Shown: positions 9,524 through 20,110 of the stretch, piece by piece | How the letters are laid out: each line of letters starts with the position of its first letter | Numbering within the stretch: the stretch's first letter is position 1 | Assembly (NCBI GenBank): GCA_963695545.1 | Contig: OY968796.1 | Coordinates: forward strand, 1,504,001-1,568,000 | Direction of reading: 5' to 3' | DNA length: 64,000 nt | Origin: Terriglobia bacterium | Lineage (GTDB): Bacteria; Acidobacteriota; Terriglobia; Acidiferrales; UBA7541 | Notes under the pieces: generated by a model | The model's database searches: none | What the model was told of the DNA's origin: nothing | The model's input: the letters and a program-made list of their open reading frames with translations, nothing else | Made by a program: the position numbers and the translations under genes

Positions 9524-11431
9524 ATGAGCCAGAAGCTGCGCGTGCTCATCATCGAGCACGACCGTATCGACGCGGACCGCAGCGTCCGCGAGCTGCGCAA
9601 GGCGGGCTTCCGCGCCGAAGCGGACATTGTGGCCACACGCGAAGAATTGATCTCTCGACTGGCGAACAAGCATAAGGAATATGCCGTCATTCTGGCCGAT
9701 TACCGCATGCCGAATTGGACCGGCCTCGAGGCGCTGGCCGTCGTCCAACAAATGAATCTCGACATTCCGTTCGTTCTGGTCGCGGGCGCGCTTCGCGAAG
9801 ATCTGGCCGTAGAGTGCATCAGTCGCGGCGTCACCGACTACGTCTCGAAGGACCACCTGGGGCGCTTGCCCATGGCCATCGCGCGGGCGCTCGAAGAGAA
9901 GGCCTTGCGCAACACGCGATCTTTCATGATCGCCGCGCAGCAATCCAGCGAATCGAATTTCCGTTTTCTGTTCGAGAGCAATCCTCTTCCCATGTGGGTG
10001 TTCGATCGGCAGACGCTGCGGTTCCTTCAGGTCAACAACGCAGCCGTCGCGCATTACGGCTACACGCGCCACGAGTTGCTGTCCATGTGCGTCACCGACA
10101 TTCGCTCCGAACAGGAAATCCCGGGCCCGGAAGCGCAGCCGGACCAGGATTTTTTCTCCGGCGCCCGCCGGCATCGCCTGAAAAACGGCCAGGTCATCGA
10201 CGTCGAGGTGCACAGCCACCGCATCGAGATGGCGGGTCGCAGCGCGTTTCTGGTCGTGGCGCAGGACATCACCGAGCGCCAGACCGCCGCCGAAGAGCTA
10301 CACGTTTCAGAAGCGCGTTTTCGCGACTTTATTGAAAACGCGAGCTACGGAATCTTCCATTCCACCCTGGAAGGCCAGCTGCTCTACGCCAATCCGACGC
10401 TGATTCGCATGCTCGGCTACTCCTCGTTCGAGGATTTGAGCGCGAGAAATCTGGCCGACTCGCTTTACAAGAACCCCCAGGACCGCGCGCACCTCATCGA
10501 ACAATTCTTGCGTGAAGGGCACGTTTCCGGCGCCGAGCTGGAGTGGAAACGCAAGGACGGGTCGCTCGTCCGCGTGCGCGTCAGCGGACGCAGCGCCGGC
10601 GGCGACGCCGGACGCAACGGCATCGAGGTGATCGTCGAGGACGTCACCGAGTGGCGCGCGCTCGAGCAGCGCGTCCAGCAGATCCAGAAATTCGAGGCCA
10701 TCGGCCGACTGGCCGGTGGCATCGCCCACGATTTCAACAACGTAATCAGCGCTGTGCAGGGCTGGGCCGAACTCGGCCAGGAGCTGGCCGACGGTCAGCT
10801 GGTCGGCTACTTCGAGAAAATTCGCGCGCAGTGCGGTCGCGCCACGGGGCTCACGCGCCAGTTGATGGCCTTCGCGCGCAGCCAGATTCTCGAGCCGCGC
10901 AATATGAACCTCAATCAGGCCGCGGCGGAGACGCTCAGCTTGCTCGAGAAGGTGATGCGCAAGAATATCGAGCTGGAAACGGATTTCGATCCCGCACTTT
11001 CCAACATCCGCGCCGACGCCACACAGATCGCGCAGGTGCTGATGAATCTATTCCTCAATGCGCGCGATGCCATGCCTCGCGGCGGCCGTTTGCGGATCCA
11101 GACGCGCAACGTCTCTTTTTCCGACGACGATTGCCGTCTCGATCCGTCGCTCGCGTCCGGCCGCTTCGCTGAACTGGTGGTCTCCGACAGCGGAATCGGC
11201 ATGGACGCCGCCACTCGCGAGCGCATCTTCGAGCCGTTTTTCACCACCAAAGAGCGCGGCAAAGGCACCGGTCTAGGACTCGCCACGGTCTACGGCATCG
11301 TCAAGCAGCATGGCGGCACGCTCCAGGTGCACAGCGAGCCGGGCCACGGCAGCACGTTTCGCATTTTTTTGCCCGCCGTCGCCGGCCAAGCCGAACGCGA
11401 AGACCAGCCTTCCCTGGTTGCCGGTCCATAG
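9524..11431 (+). CDS. Sensor histidine kinase, REC-PAS-PAS-HisKA-HATPase
   Basis: Receiver (ILADYRMP...DYVSK), two PAS domains ([22 protein letters not shown]), H-box [12 protein letters not shown]-box [13 protein letters not shown] boxes DSGIGM and KGTGLGL. Start codon uncertain (ORF open from 9257). Confidence 0.9.
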   Translation: MSQKLRVLIIEHDRIDADRSVRELRKAGFRAEADIVATREELISRLANKHKEYAVILADYRMPNWTGLEALAVVQQMNLDIPFVLVAGALREDLAVECISRGVTDYVSKDHLGRLPMAIARALEEKALRNTRSFMIAAQQSSESNFRFLFESNPLPMWVFDRQTLRFLQVNNAAVAHYGYTRHELLSMCVTDIRSEQEIPGPEAQPDQDFFSGARRHRLKNGQVIDVEVHSHRIEMAGRSAFLVVAQDITERQTAAEELHVSEARFRDFIENASYGIFHSTLEGQLLYANPTLIRMLGYSSFEDLSARNLADSLYKNPQDRAHLIEQFLREGHVSGAELEWKRKDGSLVRVRVSGRSAGGDAGRNGIEVIVEDVTEWRALEQRVQQIQKFEAIGRLAGGIAHDFNNVISAVQGWAELGQELADGQLVGYFEKIRAQCGRATGLTRQLMAFARSQILEPRNMNLNQAAAETLSLLEKVMRKNIELETDFDPALSNIRADATQIAQVLMNLFLNARDAMPRGGRLRIQTRNVSFSDDDCRLDPSLASGRFAELVVSDSGIGMDAATRERIFEPFFTTKERGKGTGLGLATVYGIVKQHGGTLQVHSEPGHGSTFRIFLPAVAGQAEREDQPSLVAGP

Positions 11432-11502
11432 CGTGGCATTTCTGAATCACTATGTCGTGTTGCGACACTCGCCGTGTCGCAGCAGTTAGGTGGGGAATCG
11501 AT

Positions 11503-12351
11503 TTAGGCTACCGTGGAGATTTCGGGAGCGGGCAACTTGCTGCTGCGCTTATCGACGTAGAGCGTTCTGTCGGCGCGATCCAGGAACTGTTCGATCGACT
11601 CTCCGGTTTCGTAGACCACCCAGCCAGAGGAAAAGTTTACGGGAATCTTCTTTCCTTCGTACTCGATTTCGAGCGGCCGCAGCCGCTTCAAGATTGCCTC
11701 GATTTGGTGGGCCTGGCACTCCGGCAGAATGGCCAGGAATTCATCGCCGCCCATGCGCGCGGCAACATCGGAAATGCGCACTGCGCCGTTCAATCGCTCG
11801 GCGAATTGGCGGAGCACCAGGTCGCCGGCGCCATGGCCGTGTGTGTCGTTGATCTGCTTGAAATCGTTCAGGTCCAGCGCCAGCACCAGCAGCGGGTGAC
11901 CGTAGCGCCGCGAGCGCGCCGTCTCCGCCGCCAGACGCTGCTCCGCGTAGCGGCGATTGTAAAGTCCCGTCAGCCCGTCGACCGTGGCCAGGCGATGCAG
12001 CTCCGCGGCGCTGTCTTCCAAACGGCCCATCTTGCTGAGTTGCGTTGAGAATTGCCGCCGCAAGCGCTTGATCGTCCATTGCTGATAGATCGTGTAGCCA
12101 TTGAAGATCAGCACCAGGCCCACCAGGCCCCTCACGGCGCGGGCCAGGCTGTAGCGGAAAAACGGATCATCCACCTTGATCAGCGCGGGGAAGCTCATCG
12201 ATACCACAGCCATCGTCAGCAGCAGCATCACGACCACCGCCAGGCTCCACAACCACCAGTCGCGGCGCTCGAGGCTCTCAAGTTCATTCTGAATTTTCCC
12301 CAAGTGCAAGTCTCGGGGCACTTCCGGCAAAATTGGTGACGGCGATTCCAT
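11503..12351 (-). CDS. Membrane-anchored diguanylate cyclase (GGDEF)
   Basis: Two N-terminal hydrophobic segments, DGLTGLYNRR, DLNDFKQINDTHGH, intact GGDEF with RISD inhibitory site five residues upstream. Confidence 0.93.
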   Translation of the reverse strand: MESPSPILPEVPRDLHLGKIQNELESLERRDWWLWSLAVVVMLLLTMAVVSMSFPALIKVDDPFFRYSLARAVRGLVGLVLIFNGYTIYQQWTIKRLRRQFSTQLSKMGRLEDSAAELHRLATVDGLTGLYNRRYAEQRLAAETARSRRYGHPLLVLALDLNDFKQINDTHGHGAGDLVLRQFAERLNGAVRISDVAARMGGDEFLAILPECQAHQIEAILKRLRPLEIEYEGKKIPVNFSSGWVVYETGESIEQFLDRADRTLYVDKRSSKLPAPEISTVA

Positions 12352-12514
12352 GAACGGTTTTGCTCTTTAGTTGGCGGTTCGGCAGCCTTTTATCTAAAAA
12401 CCCGGCATGCCCGACGCGTGCGTTAAATTCGATTATACGGCTGGCAATATATTGCAAACGAAAATTTCGAAGCGAGGTTTCGATCCCGAAAACACTTCTA
12501 TAAATGTGTTTCAA

Positions 12515-12679
12515 TGTGGCCCAGCGCCGCTCCGGCAATTCAAGGGCGACGTCGGTTCCGGCCGCTTCGCGAACTCGCGGAAGCCGGTCTTCCAGCACCT
12601 CGCGCGCCCGCAATTTCAGCTGCAGCACGCGCGCTTCGGCCGGTGTCAAGTTCCATCTGTGACGCACTTGGAGCCACAT
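12515..12679 (-). pseudogene. nfi: N-terminal remnant of endonuclease V
   Basis: HRWNLTPAEARVLQLKLRAREVLEDRLPRVREAAGTDVA matches the EndoV N-terminus (H.W.ltp.eA..lQ..L...v..ed.l..vr.vAG.Dv). Similarity stops after about 55 aa. Confidence 0.7.
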
Positions 12680-12726
12680 TCGCACCAGCACTCAGAGGGG
12701 ATGCCCGCAGGAAATCGAGAGGATTT

Positions 12727-13314
12727 TCAGGCGCTATTTTTCAGGTCAGTCAGCACCAGCTTGGCCACTTCGCGCAGCGTCTCGAACACGCCTTGCCCCG
12801 TAACCGCCACGCCTTCCACGACCGGCTCGCCCTTGGTCTGCAGTTGTTTCGTCAATTCCTCGACGGGCATTGCGCCCGGAAGGTCGCGCTTGTTCAATTG
12901 CAGCACGTACGGGATCTTATCGAATTCGAGCTTGTGTTCCTTCAAATGCTCGCGCAAATTTTCCAGAGTCTCCAGATTCGCATCCAGCCGTTCTTCCTGC
13001 GAATCGGCCACGAACACCACGCCGTCGGCGCCCTTCAGGATCAGTTTCCGGCTAGCCTCGTAAAAAACCTGTCCGGGAACGGTGTACAGATGCAGCCGCG
13101 CCTTGAATCCGCGGATCGTGCCCAGATCGAGCGGCAGAAAATCGAAGAACAGCGTGCGGTCCGTCTCCGTCGCAAGCGAAATCATCTTTCCTTTTTGCCC
13201 CGTTCCGGTGTGATCGTAGATCCATTGCAAATTGGCGGTCTTGCCGCCTAGGCCTGGGCCGTAGTAGACGAGCTTGCAGTTGATCTCGCGCGCAGGAAAA
13301 TTGATGAAAGGCAC
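12727..13314 (-). CDS. mglA: MglA-family small Ras-like GTPase
   Basis: [78 protein letters not shown] start at 13314. Confidence 0.93.
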   Translation of the reverse strand: MPFINFPAREINCKLVYYGPGLGGKTANLQWIYDHTGTGQKGKMISLATETDRTLFFDFLPLDLGTIRGFKARLHLYTVPGQVFYEASRKLILKGADGVVFVADSQEERLDANLETLENLREHLKEHKLEFDKIPYVLQLNKRDLPGAMPVEELTKQLQTKGEPVVEGVAVTGQGVFETLREVAKLVLTDLKNSA

Positions 13315-13533
13315 AGGTTTTCCGGGCTGGGCCGGCCTTCCACTTATAGCATAGCGGTTCGGGCAGTCCAATCTCGAAGCGGACGGCGCGTGCCGAGAAA
13401 GCCGATGGCGTCCAGGTAGACTTCGGCCACAATTTCTGCGCAGCTATTCGAAACATCGTATTCAGTGTCATAACTATTAGCGATAAGCCAGGCAGTTGCT
13501 TCTATTCCTGGCCTTTGCTAATATCCGCGCGTT

Positions 13534-14169
13534 ATGCCGAAAGCGAGCAAGACGGGCCGCCGACGCGGCTCGCGCTCTCGACCCGGTTCCGCTGGCAGAG
13601 CTAAGTCCCAGAAAACGAAGGCGGTACAGCCAATCGCAGCCCATGCGGAGGCCTATCGCGCCATCGTGGATCCGCGCGTCGAAGCACAACTGAAAACTTA
13701 CGAAGAGGCTGTAGGCGCCTTGCAGCAGCAGAAATTTCTAAAGGCCAAGCAGCTTCTCGATAAGGTTATTGCCGGTCCCAGCAAGGAATTGGCCGATCGC
13801 GCGCAAATGCACTTGCGCATCGCCGACCAACGCCTCAGCCGCGTTCCGGCCACCGCGCCACGCACACCCGAGGAACATTATCAAGGCGGCGTGGCTATGA
13901 TGAACCTGGGCCGTTGGGACGAAGCGCGCGAGCACTTGCTGCGCGCCAAGAAACTCGCTCCTAAAGCCGACTACGTTTTCTACGCCATGGCCGCGCTCGA
14001 TTGCCTCACGGGCGAAGCGGAATCCGCTATGGAAAATCTCAAAGTCGCGATTCAACTGCGCCCTGAAAATCGCTATCACGCGCGCAACGACGAAGATTTC
14101 GCTTTCCTTCAAGAAGACCCGCGCTTCACCGAGCTGCTCTATCCCGAACGAGATGGCTCCGGCAGTTAG
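13534..14169 (+). CDS. Tetratricopeptide-repeat protein
   Basis: Helical TPR-like repeats (HYQGGVAMMNLGRWDEAREHL; YAMAALDCLTGEAESAMENLKVAI) and C-terminal ARNDEDF..L..DPRF. Confidence 0.75.
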   Translation: MPKASKTGRRRGSRSRPGSAGRAKSQKTKAVQPIAAHAEAYRAIVDPRVEAQLKTYEEAVGALQQQKFLKAKQLLDKVIAGPSKELADRAQMHLRIADQRLSRVPATAPRTPEEHYQGGVAMMNLGRWDEAREHLLRAKKLAPKADYVFYAMAALDCLTGEAESAMENLKVAIQLRPENRYHARNDEDFAFLQEDPRFTELLYPERDGSGS

Positions 14170-14232
14170 TCGCACCCGCGTTTCTCTGTCGCTCGTTTTC
14201 CCCAACGCCCTTCCTGCGCGGAGCGCATTGCT

Positions 14233-15261
14233 TTGACGCCGGACGAAAAACATCGCCGCAAATTTGGTGTGCGCGTGGTGGCCATCGGCGGCGGCACCGG
14301 CCTTTCGATGTTGCTGCGCGGCTTGAAGCGCCACGTGGCCCGGCGCCCGCAGGAGATCGCTCGCTTTCCCATCGCCCATCTCACCGCCGTCGTCACCGTC
14401 ACCGACGATGGCGGCAGCTCGGGCCGCTTGCGCCGCGAATATCGCATTCTTCCGCCGGGCGATATCCGCAACTGTCTGGTAGCGTTGTCGGAAGACGAAG
14501 CGCTCCTCGCCCGCCTGTTTCAATATCGCTTTCGTGCGGGGCGCGGCCTGCGCGGCCACAGCTTTGGCAATCTTTTCCTTACCGCGCTCAGTGACGTCAC
14601 CGGCGATTTCGCCGAGGCCGTGCGCGTGAGCGGTGAAGTCCTTGCCACACGCGGCCGGATTTTCCCGGCCACCATCGAAAATGTTTCGCTGCGCGCCGTA
14701 ATGGCCGATGGCTCGATCGTCTCCGGAGAAACGCGTATCGTTCACAGCCGCAAGAAAATCCGCAGACTCGAGCTTTCTCCCCGCCGCGTGCGTCCTCTTC
14801 CCGAAGTGCTCGCTGCGATCGCTCAGGCCGATCTGATCTTGCTGGGCCCAGGCTCGCTCTATTCAAGTGTTTTGCCGAATCTTCTGGTCGAGGGCGTCGC
14901 CGAGGCCATCGAGAATTCCGGCGCCACGCGCGTCTACATCGCAAATCTGATGACCCAGCCAGGCGAGACCCCTGATTTCTCTCTCGCCGATCATCTTCGC
15001 GTCCTGCAACGCCAAACGCGCCGAAAGTTGATCGACTGGGTGGTGGTCAACAACACACCAATTTCCAGTACGATCTCCCGCCGCTACCGCTCGGAAAATG
15101 CCGAGCCTGTGCGCGTGGACCTTCCTCAGTTGCAGCGCTTGGGTGTCCGCTGCGTCGTCGCCGACCTGCTCGAAGAGCACGCCGTCGTGCGCCACAGTTC
15201 GGACCGCCTCGCGCGCTTGCTGATCGAAGAGTTCGTTCGCCGCGTTCCCGCGCGCAACTAG
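14233..15261 (+). CDS. yvcK: YvcK/GlmR (UPF0052, CofD-like) family protein
   Basis: VVAIGGGTGLS.LLRGLK, VTVTDDGGSSGRLR, PPGDIRNCL, GHSFGNL, GPGSLYSSV.PNLLV, NLMTQPGET. Confidence 0.93.
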   Translation: MTPDEKHRRKFGVRVVAIGGGTGLSMLLRGLKRHVARRPQEIARFPIAHLTAVVTVTDDGGSSGRLRREYRILPPGDIRNCLVALSEDEALLARLFQYRFRAGRGLRGHSFGNLFLTALSDVTGDFAEAVRVSGEVLATRGRIFPATIENVSLRAVMADGSIVSGETRIVHSRKKIRRLELSPRRVRPLPEVLAAIAQADLILLGPGSLYSSVLPNLLVEGVAEAIENSGATRVYIANLMTQPGETPDFSLADHLRVLQRQTRRKLIDWVVVNNTPISSTISRRYRSENAEPVRVDLPQLQRLGVRCVVADLLEEHAVVRHSSDRLARLLIEEFVRRVPARN

Positions 15262-15367
15262 CCTCTCGGTGCCGCTTTCGGTACAGCGAATTCCTTGTGT
15301 CCAGGGCGCAGGACGCATACCATGCGCAGAAGCGTGGTTAATATCAGTGCCGCAAGGGGGAAGTTAC

Positions 15368-16147
15368 ATGCGGCGGCGCAGATCAATTCCGCTCGGCGTC
15401 TTCGTACTTGTCATCTTCCTGTTTGCTCCTTCGGTTTTCGCCAACACGGACGACGCTCGAAAACCGAGATCGCCTGCAGGTGCATCTCGCGCGCGAGTGG
15501 TCAGCCTGAGTTTGGTCGAGGGCACGGTGATCACGCGAGCTCCAGGATCGACGAAGTGGACTCTCGCCACTCTGGACACGCCGATCGAGGAAGGCGTTTC
15601 CCTGGCGACGGCGAAGCACAGTTTTGTCGAGGTACAGTTTGAAGACGGTTCCACGATCCGCCTCGGCGAAATCTCCTGCATTGAGTTCGCGCAACTGGAG
15701 CTTGCCCCGCGCGGTGCCTACATCAACCATTTCAAGCTGGATGTGGGCACCGCCACGATTCACGTGGTCTCGCGGCGGCACGAGCAGTACGCGCTGAATG
15801 TATCCGGCGTCAGCCTGGCGACACGCGGAAAAAGCGAGTTCCGAACGGACTTAACACGTGGCCACCTGCGCGTAGAAGTGTTTCAAGGCCAAATTCAAGC
15901 GGCGGATTCCGATCATTCCGAAAAATTGCGAAAGAACGATGTGGTGTTTTGCGACCGCGGCGGCAGCGGCGCCTTCCAGGAAACGAGCAGCAGGATCCAA
16001 CCCGATGAATGGGACAACTGGGTGCACGCGAGGGATGTGCAGTCAAGCTTGGCGTGGTTCACGAATCAGCGCGATCCGATCTACAGCCTCGATGGCTTGG
16101 TACCGTACGGCGGCGCAGGACAGCCTCCTGCGTGGGCCGGCTACTAA
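15368..16147 (+). CDS. Exported FecR-domain protein
   Basis: Signal peptide; ARVVSLSLVEGTV...PIEEG..L.T....VEVQFEDGSTIRLG beta-rich FecR pattern; DEWDNW..RD near the C-terminus. Confidence 0.7.
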   Translation: MRRRRSIPLGVFVLVIFLFAPSVFANTDDARKPRSPAGASRARVVSLSLVEGTVITRAPGSTKWTLATLDTPIEEGVSLATAKHSFVEVQFEDGSTIRLGEISCIEFAQLELAPRGAYINHFKLDVGTATIHVVSRRHEQYALNVSGVSLATRGKSEFRTDLTRGHLRVEVFQGQIQAADSDHSEKLRKNDVVFCDRGGSGAFQETSSRIQPDEWDNWVHARDVQSSLAWFTNQRDPIYSLDGLVPYGGAGQPPAWAGY

Positions 16148-16480
16148 TTAAATCGACCACACATAAGGCGGACCTCTCGGCATGCTCTCCGCAATCGCGC
16201 GAGCCTACGTGGCCGATCGAGCGAACGTCTCACGCCGGGTGTCTCCGGCGCCCCCAGTCTCGTTCGTGGAGGCGGGTATTGCGCACCTCGTTTTGTGGCT
16301 TAGGACACGGCCGTGAATCGGGTCGCCTTGCGCCTCCAGAAATGAGTTGTATACTGGGTCGGCCCGCACCTCACTTCCCCGCCCAACGAACCTGTGCCCC
16401 GCCCGGCCGATTCGTCGGGGGCTGCGGAGCATGCGATTGCCACCGGGATCGAAAGGCACAGTTTCTCCCCGGAAAACGTC

Positions 16481-17752
16481 ATGGCCACACTGATCGCGCA
16501 CAACGAATTCAACGTCTACGAATCGGCCGAAGCGCGATTTGAAATCGCTGCGCGGCGCTTGAATCTCGCCGAAGGCCTGTATCGCTACATGCGCTATCCC
16601 AACAAGGAAATCACCGTGTACATCCCGGTGATGCTCGATAGCGGCCACCTCGAGGTTTTCACCGGCTTCCGCGTGCATCATTCGATCGTGCGCGGACCGT
16701 GCAAGGGCGGCATACGTTTCGCGCCCGACGTCACGCTCGATGAAGTGCGCGCTCTCGCCAGTTGGATGACCTGGAAATGCGCGGTCGTGAACATTCCTTT
16801 TGGCGGCGCCAAGGGCGGCGTGATTTGCGATCCCAACAAGCTCTCGCAGGGCGAAATGGAACGCATCACGCGGCGCTACACCGCCGAACTTGCCGATTGG
16901 ATCGGCCCCGAGCGCGACGTTCCCGCGCCCGACTTAGGCACAAACGAGCAGACCATGGCCTGGGTCATGGACACCTACTCGATGCACTCGCGTCACACCG
17001 TTACTGGCGTAGTCACCGGCAAGCCCATCGAGCTCGGAGGCTCGCTCGGCCGGCATGAAGCCACCGGACGCGGCATTCGCATCGTGTGCGATGCGGCCAT
17101 AAAAAAATTAGGCATTCCGCGCGATGGCGCGCGCGTGATCGTGCAGGGCTTCGGCAACGTGGGATCCTCCGCGGCGCTGCTTTTGCATCAAGCCGGATAC
17201 AAAATCGTCGGCGTGGCCGATGTGCACGGCGGCCTGTACAACGAAAACGGATTCGATCTTCCCGGCGTGATCGATTGGGTCAGTGTGCAGGGCCGGCCCT
17301 TGCCGGATTTCCCGCAGGGTGGCACGCGCGTTTCCGCGCAGCAGATTCTGTTTCAGCCGTGCGAAATTCTCGTTCCCGCCGCGGTGGAAAATCAAATCAC
17401 CAGCGAGAACGCGCATCGCCTGCAAACGCGCATTCTCTGCGAAGGTGCCAACGGCCCGTGCACGGCCATGGCCGACGAAGTGGTGGACAGCAAGGGAATT
17501 TTCGTAATTCCAGACATTCTCGCCAACGCCGGCGGTGTCACCGTCAGTTATTTCGAGTGGGTGCAGGACCGCCAGGGATATTTCTGGCGCGAACGCGAGG
17601 TCAACGAGCGTTTGCAGGACGTCATGGAGCACAGTTTTGACGCTGTGGTGCGCTACGCCGAACTCCACAGCACGAGCAATCGTATCGCCGCGTACATTTT
17701 GGCGATCGATCGGGTGGCCTCGGCCCTCAAACTTCGCGGGATTTACGCTTGA
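16481..17752 (+). CDS. gdhA: Glu/Leu/Phe/Val dehydrogenase, probably glutamate dehydrogenase
   Basis: [73 protein letters not shown]. Confidence 0.93.
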   Translation: MATLIAHNEFNVYESAEARFEIAARRLNLAEGLYRYMRYPNKEITVYIPVMLDSGHLEVFTGFRVHHSIVRGPCKGGIRFAPDVTLDEVRALASWMTWKCAVVNIPFGGAKGGVICDPNKLSQGEMERITRRYTAELADWIGPERDVPAPDLGTNEQTMAWVMDTYSMHSRHTVTGVVTGKPIELGGSLGRHEATGRGIRIVCDAAIKKLGIPRDGARVIVQGFGNVGSSAALLLHQAGYKIVGVADVHGGLYNENGFDLPGVIDWVSVQGRPLPDFPQGGTRVSAQQILFQPCEILVPAAVENQITSENAHRLQTRILCEGANGPCTAMADEVVDSKGIFVIPDILANAGGVTVSYFEWVQDRQGYFWREREVNERLQDVMEHSFDAVVRYAELHSTSNRIAAYILAIDRVASALKLRGIYA

Positions 17753-18021
17753 TAGTCCGCGCGCAGATCGTAGGAATTCGCCTCGCGCGGCGGTTATGCG
17801 CGATTGGCTCGCGCGCATGGCATCTGGTTGAACGCAAACCAGTTGCAATCGCGCAAATCCCGCCCAAACCTGAAAATCCCATTCCCACAGCCCGGCCCGC
17901 AATTCGTGCTGGATTTTTTCGTCTAACTCGTTTAAACACATTGCTTCCGCAGTGGTTTGGATACGCGGGGAGGCCGGTTTCGCGTCCGCGCAGGCGGCGC
18001 GCACCGTGCGTGATTTGACCG

Positions 18022-18807
18022 ATGAACTGTGACCTCATTTCACCGGGCCACAAAAAAAGTCTGGCGCGCCATCGCCGCGAGATTTGTGTGGTCGGCCATT
18101 GGCTTCTCGAGCACGGCTACATCGTCTCGACCGAAGGCAATATCTCCGTGCGTCTGAGCGGTGACCGCGTCCTCACTTCGCCCGCCGGATGCTCGAAGGG
18201 CTGGATGTCGCCAACGCATCTGGTCGTAACCGATCTGGATGGCCGCAAGATCTCCGGAAGCCACTCGCCCTCGTCCGAACTCGCCATGCACTTGCTGATT
18301 TACCGCTTGCGCCCCGAAGTTAACGCCGTGGTGCACGCTCATCCGGTTGTGGCCACGGGTTTCGCCGCGGCTGCCGAACCGCTGAATAAAGCGATCTTGT
18401 GCGAAATGGTGGTCGCGCTCGGCACCGTGCCTCTCGCACGCTACGGTACGCCGGGCACGCCTGAACTTGCGGCGGCGCTTGAACCGTTGGTGCCGCACTA
18501 CGACGCGATCTTGATGTCCAATCACGGCGTGGTCACCTACGGCACCGATCTTCTCAGCGCGTTTCATCGCATGGAACTCGTCGAGCACTACGCGCACGTT
18601 TCGCTGGTGGCCGCGCTGCTCGGCAAACAATCCTTGCTTTCTAGCGGCGATGTGGAAAAATTGCTCGCGGCGCGGCCTCGCTACGGCGTCACCGTGCCGG
18701 AGCCGGACGATTCAGATGTTCTCGTCGTTGCCGACGAACCTGAGCCCGCGCTTTTCCGCCAAGGTTCGCTTTTGCGCGGCGGCGATCGCGAAGATCCGAA
18801 GCGCTGA
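18022..18807 (+). CDS. Class II aldolase/adducin family protein (FucA-like), putative BMC cargo
   Basis: EGNISVR, PSSELAMHLLIY, HAHP and NHG metal-binding histidine motifs; lies directly upstream of shell genes. Confidence 0.9.
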   Translation: MNCDLISPGHKKSLARHRREICVVGHWLLEHGYIVSTEGNISVRLSGDRVLTSPAGCSKGWMSPTHLVVTDLDGRKISGSHSPSSELAMHLLIYRLRPEVNAVVHAHPVVATGFAAAAEPLNKAILCEMVVALGTVPLARYGTPGTPELAAALEPLVPHYDAILMSNHGVVTYGTDLLSAFHRMELVEHYAHVSLVAALLGKQSLLSSGDVEKLLAARPRYGVTVPEPDDSDVLVVADEPEPALFRQGSLLRGGDREDPKR

Positions 18808-18855
18808 AGGACGAGCGTGCGCAGTTGGGCGCGTGTTGTCCTCGGAGGAAATCGA

Positions 18856-19155
18856 ATGGGCGAAGCACTTGGCATGATCGAAACGCGCGGCTTCGTGGCG
18901 ATGATCGAAGCGTCTGACGCCATGGTGAAAGCGGCCAAGGTGACGCTGGTGGGCTGGGAAAAAATCGGCTCTGGTTATGTCACGGCGCTGGTGCGCGGCG
19001 ACGTCGCCGCCGTCAAGGCTGCCACCGATGCTGGCGCTGCCGCGGCTCGCCGCGTGGGCGAATTGATCGCGGTTCACGTAATCCCGCGGCCCCATCAATC
19101 GCTTGAGGACGTGCTGCCCATCGGCAAATCGGCCGTCGCCGCTTCGGCTCGCTAA
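18856..19155 (+). CDS. BMC hexamer shell protein (BMC-H, EutM/PduA-like)
   Basis: [54 protein letters not shown] precedes ATG 18856. Confidence 0.96.
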   Translation: MGEALGMIETRGFVAMIEASDAMVKAAKVTLVGWEKIGSGYVTALVRGDVAAVKAATDAGAAAARRVGELIAVHVIPRPHQSLEDVLPIGKSAVAASAR

Positions 19156-19230
19156 CCGGCTGCGCTTCGCGGCGCTGTAAACGTCAATGGCCGCAAGTGT
19201 TTCGCGTCTTGCTTCTCGTGATCTTCAAGA

Positions 19231-19536
19231 ATGATTCTTGGGCGCATCGTCGGCACCGTAGTATCCACCCGCAAAGATCCGCGCCTTGAAGGCAAAACAC
19301 TCCTGGTAGTGAAACCGATCTCGCCCGATGGCGCCGATGAATCCGGCTACATCGTTGCCGTCGACACCGTCGATGCAGGATTCCGCGAAACCGTGCTGAT
19401 CGTTACCGGCAGCTCCGCGCGCAATGCCGCCGAATGCAAAGATCGCCCGGTAGACGCCGCTGTGGTCGGCATTGTCGACACTGTCGATCTCGACGCACAC
19501 CACGAAGCCGGCGTCGCCGCCGCGCGAAGAAAGTGA
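19231..19536 (+). CDS. BMC pentamer (EutN/CcmL family) vertex protein 1
   Basis: MILGRIVGTVVSTRKDPRLEGKTLLVV...AVDTVDAG..E.VL...GSSAR...PVDAAVVGIVD. Confidence 0.95.
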   Translation: MILGRIVGTVVSTRKDPRLEGKTLLVVKPISPDGADESGYIVAVDTVDAGFRETVLIVTGSSARNAAECKDRPVDAAVVGIVDTVDLDAHHEAGVAAARRK

Positions 19537-19540
19537 CGCC

Positions 19541-19828
19541 ATGATTTTAGGGCGCGTCGTGGGCACGGTCGTCGCGACGATGAAGAACGCGTCACTCGAC
19601 GGCAAGAAACTCCTCGTCGTGCAGCCCATCGATCGCGAGGGCGGCGACACGGGCAAAGCGATCGTTGCGCTCGATGCGGTTGGCGCCGGAACCGGCGAAC
19701 GTGTTTACTGGTGTCGCGGCAAAGAGGCCAGCTTTCCTTTTCTTCCCGAAGAAGTCCCCACCGAAGCCACCATCGTCGCCATCGTCGATGAAGTGAATAT
19801 TCCCGCGCGGTCCGCGCGAGCGAGCTGA
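19541..19828 (+). CDS. BMC pentamer (EutN/CcmL family) vertex protein 2
   Basis: MILGRVVGTVVAT.K...L.GKKLLVVQP...ALDAVGAG.GE.V...GKEA...PTEATIVAIVD. Confidence 0.95.
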   Translation: MILGRVVGTVVATMKNASLDGKKLLVVQPIDREGGDTGKAIVALDAVGAGTGERVYWCRGKEASFPFLPEEVPTEATIVAIVDEVNIPARSARAS

Positions 19829-19831
19829 ATC

Positions 19832-20110
19832 ATGTTGATCGCGTGCGTCATTGGCGACGTCGTTGCCTCGCAGAAAGTTCCTTCGCACGAGGGCCGAAAA
19901 ATACTCGTCGTCCAGCCGCTCAATCTCGATGGCAGCGATCGTGGCGAGCCCGTGTTGGCGCTCGACGCCGTCGGCGCCGGAGTAGGCGAGCGCGTCCTGC
20001 TTTCGACCGAAGGTTTCTCCGCGATGACGGCCGTGGGCCGCCCGAATTCCCCGATCGATGCCGCCGTCATCGGCGTGATCGACGCCGTAGATCTCATTTC
20101 GGGCGTCTGA
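19832..20110 (+). CDS. BMC pentamer (EutN/CcmL family) vertex protein 3
   Basis: VIGDVVASQK...HEGRKILVVQP...ALDAVGAGVGERVLL...PIDAAVIGVID. Confidence 0.95.
   Translation: MLIACVIGDVVASQKVPSHEGRKILVVQPLNLDGSDRGEPVLALDAVGAGVGERVLLSTEGFSAMTAVGRPNSPIDAAVIGVIDAVDLISGV

Noticed and set aside
12442..12456. TGGCAATATATTGCA as a sigma-54 site
   Set aside because: Spacing is N9, not N10, and no plus-strand gene follows; at most a 12-bp palindrome (GCAATATATTGC) of unknown meaning.
17818..17835. TGGCATCTGGTTGA as a sigma-54 promoter for the BMC locus
   Set aside because: GG-to-GC spacing and the -12 element do not fit GG-N10-GC.
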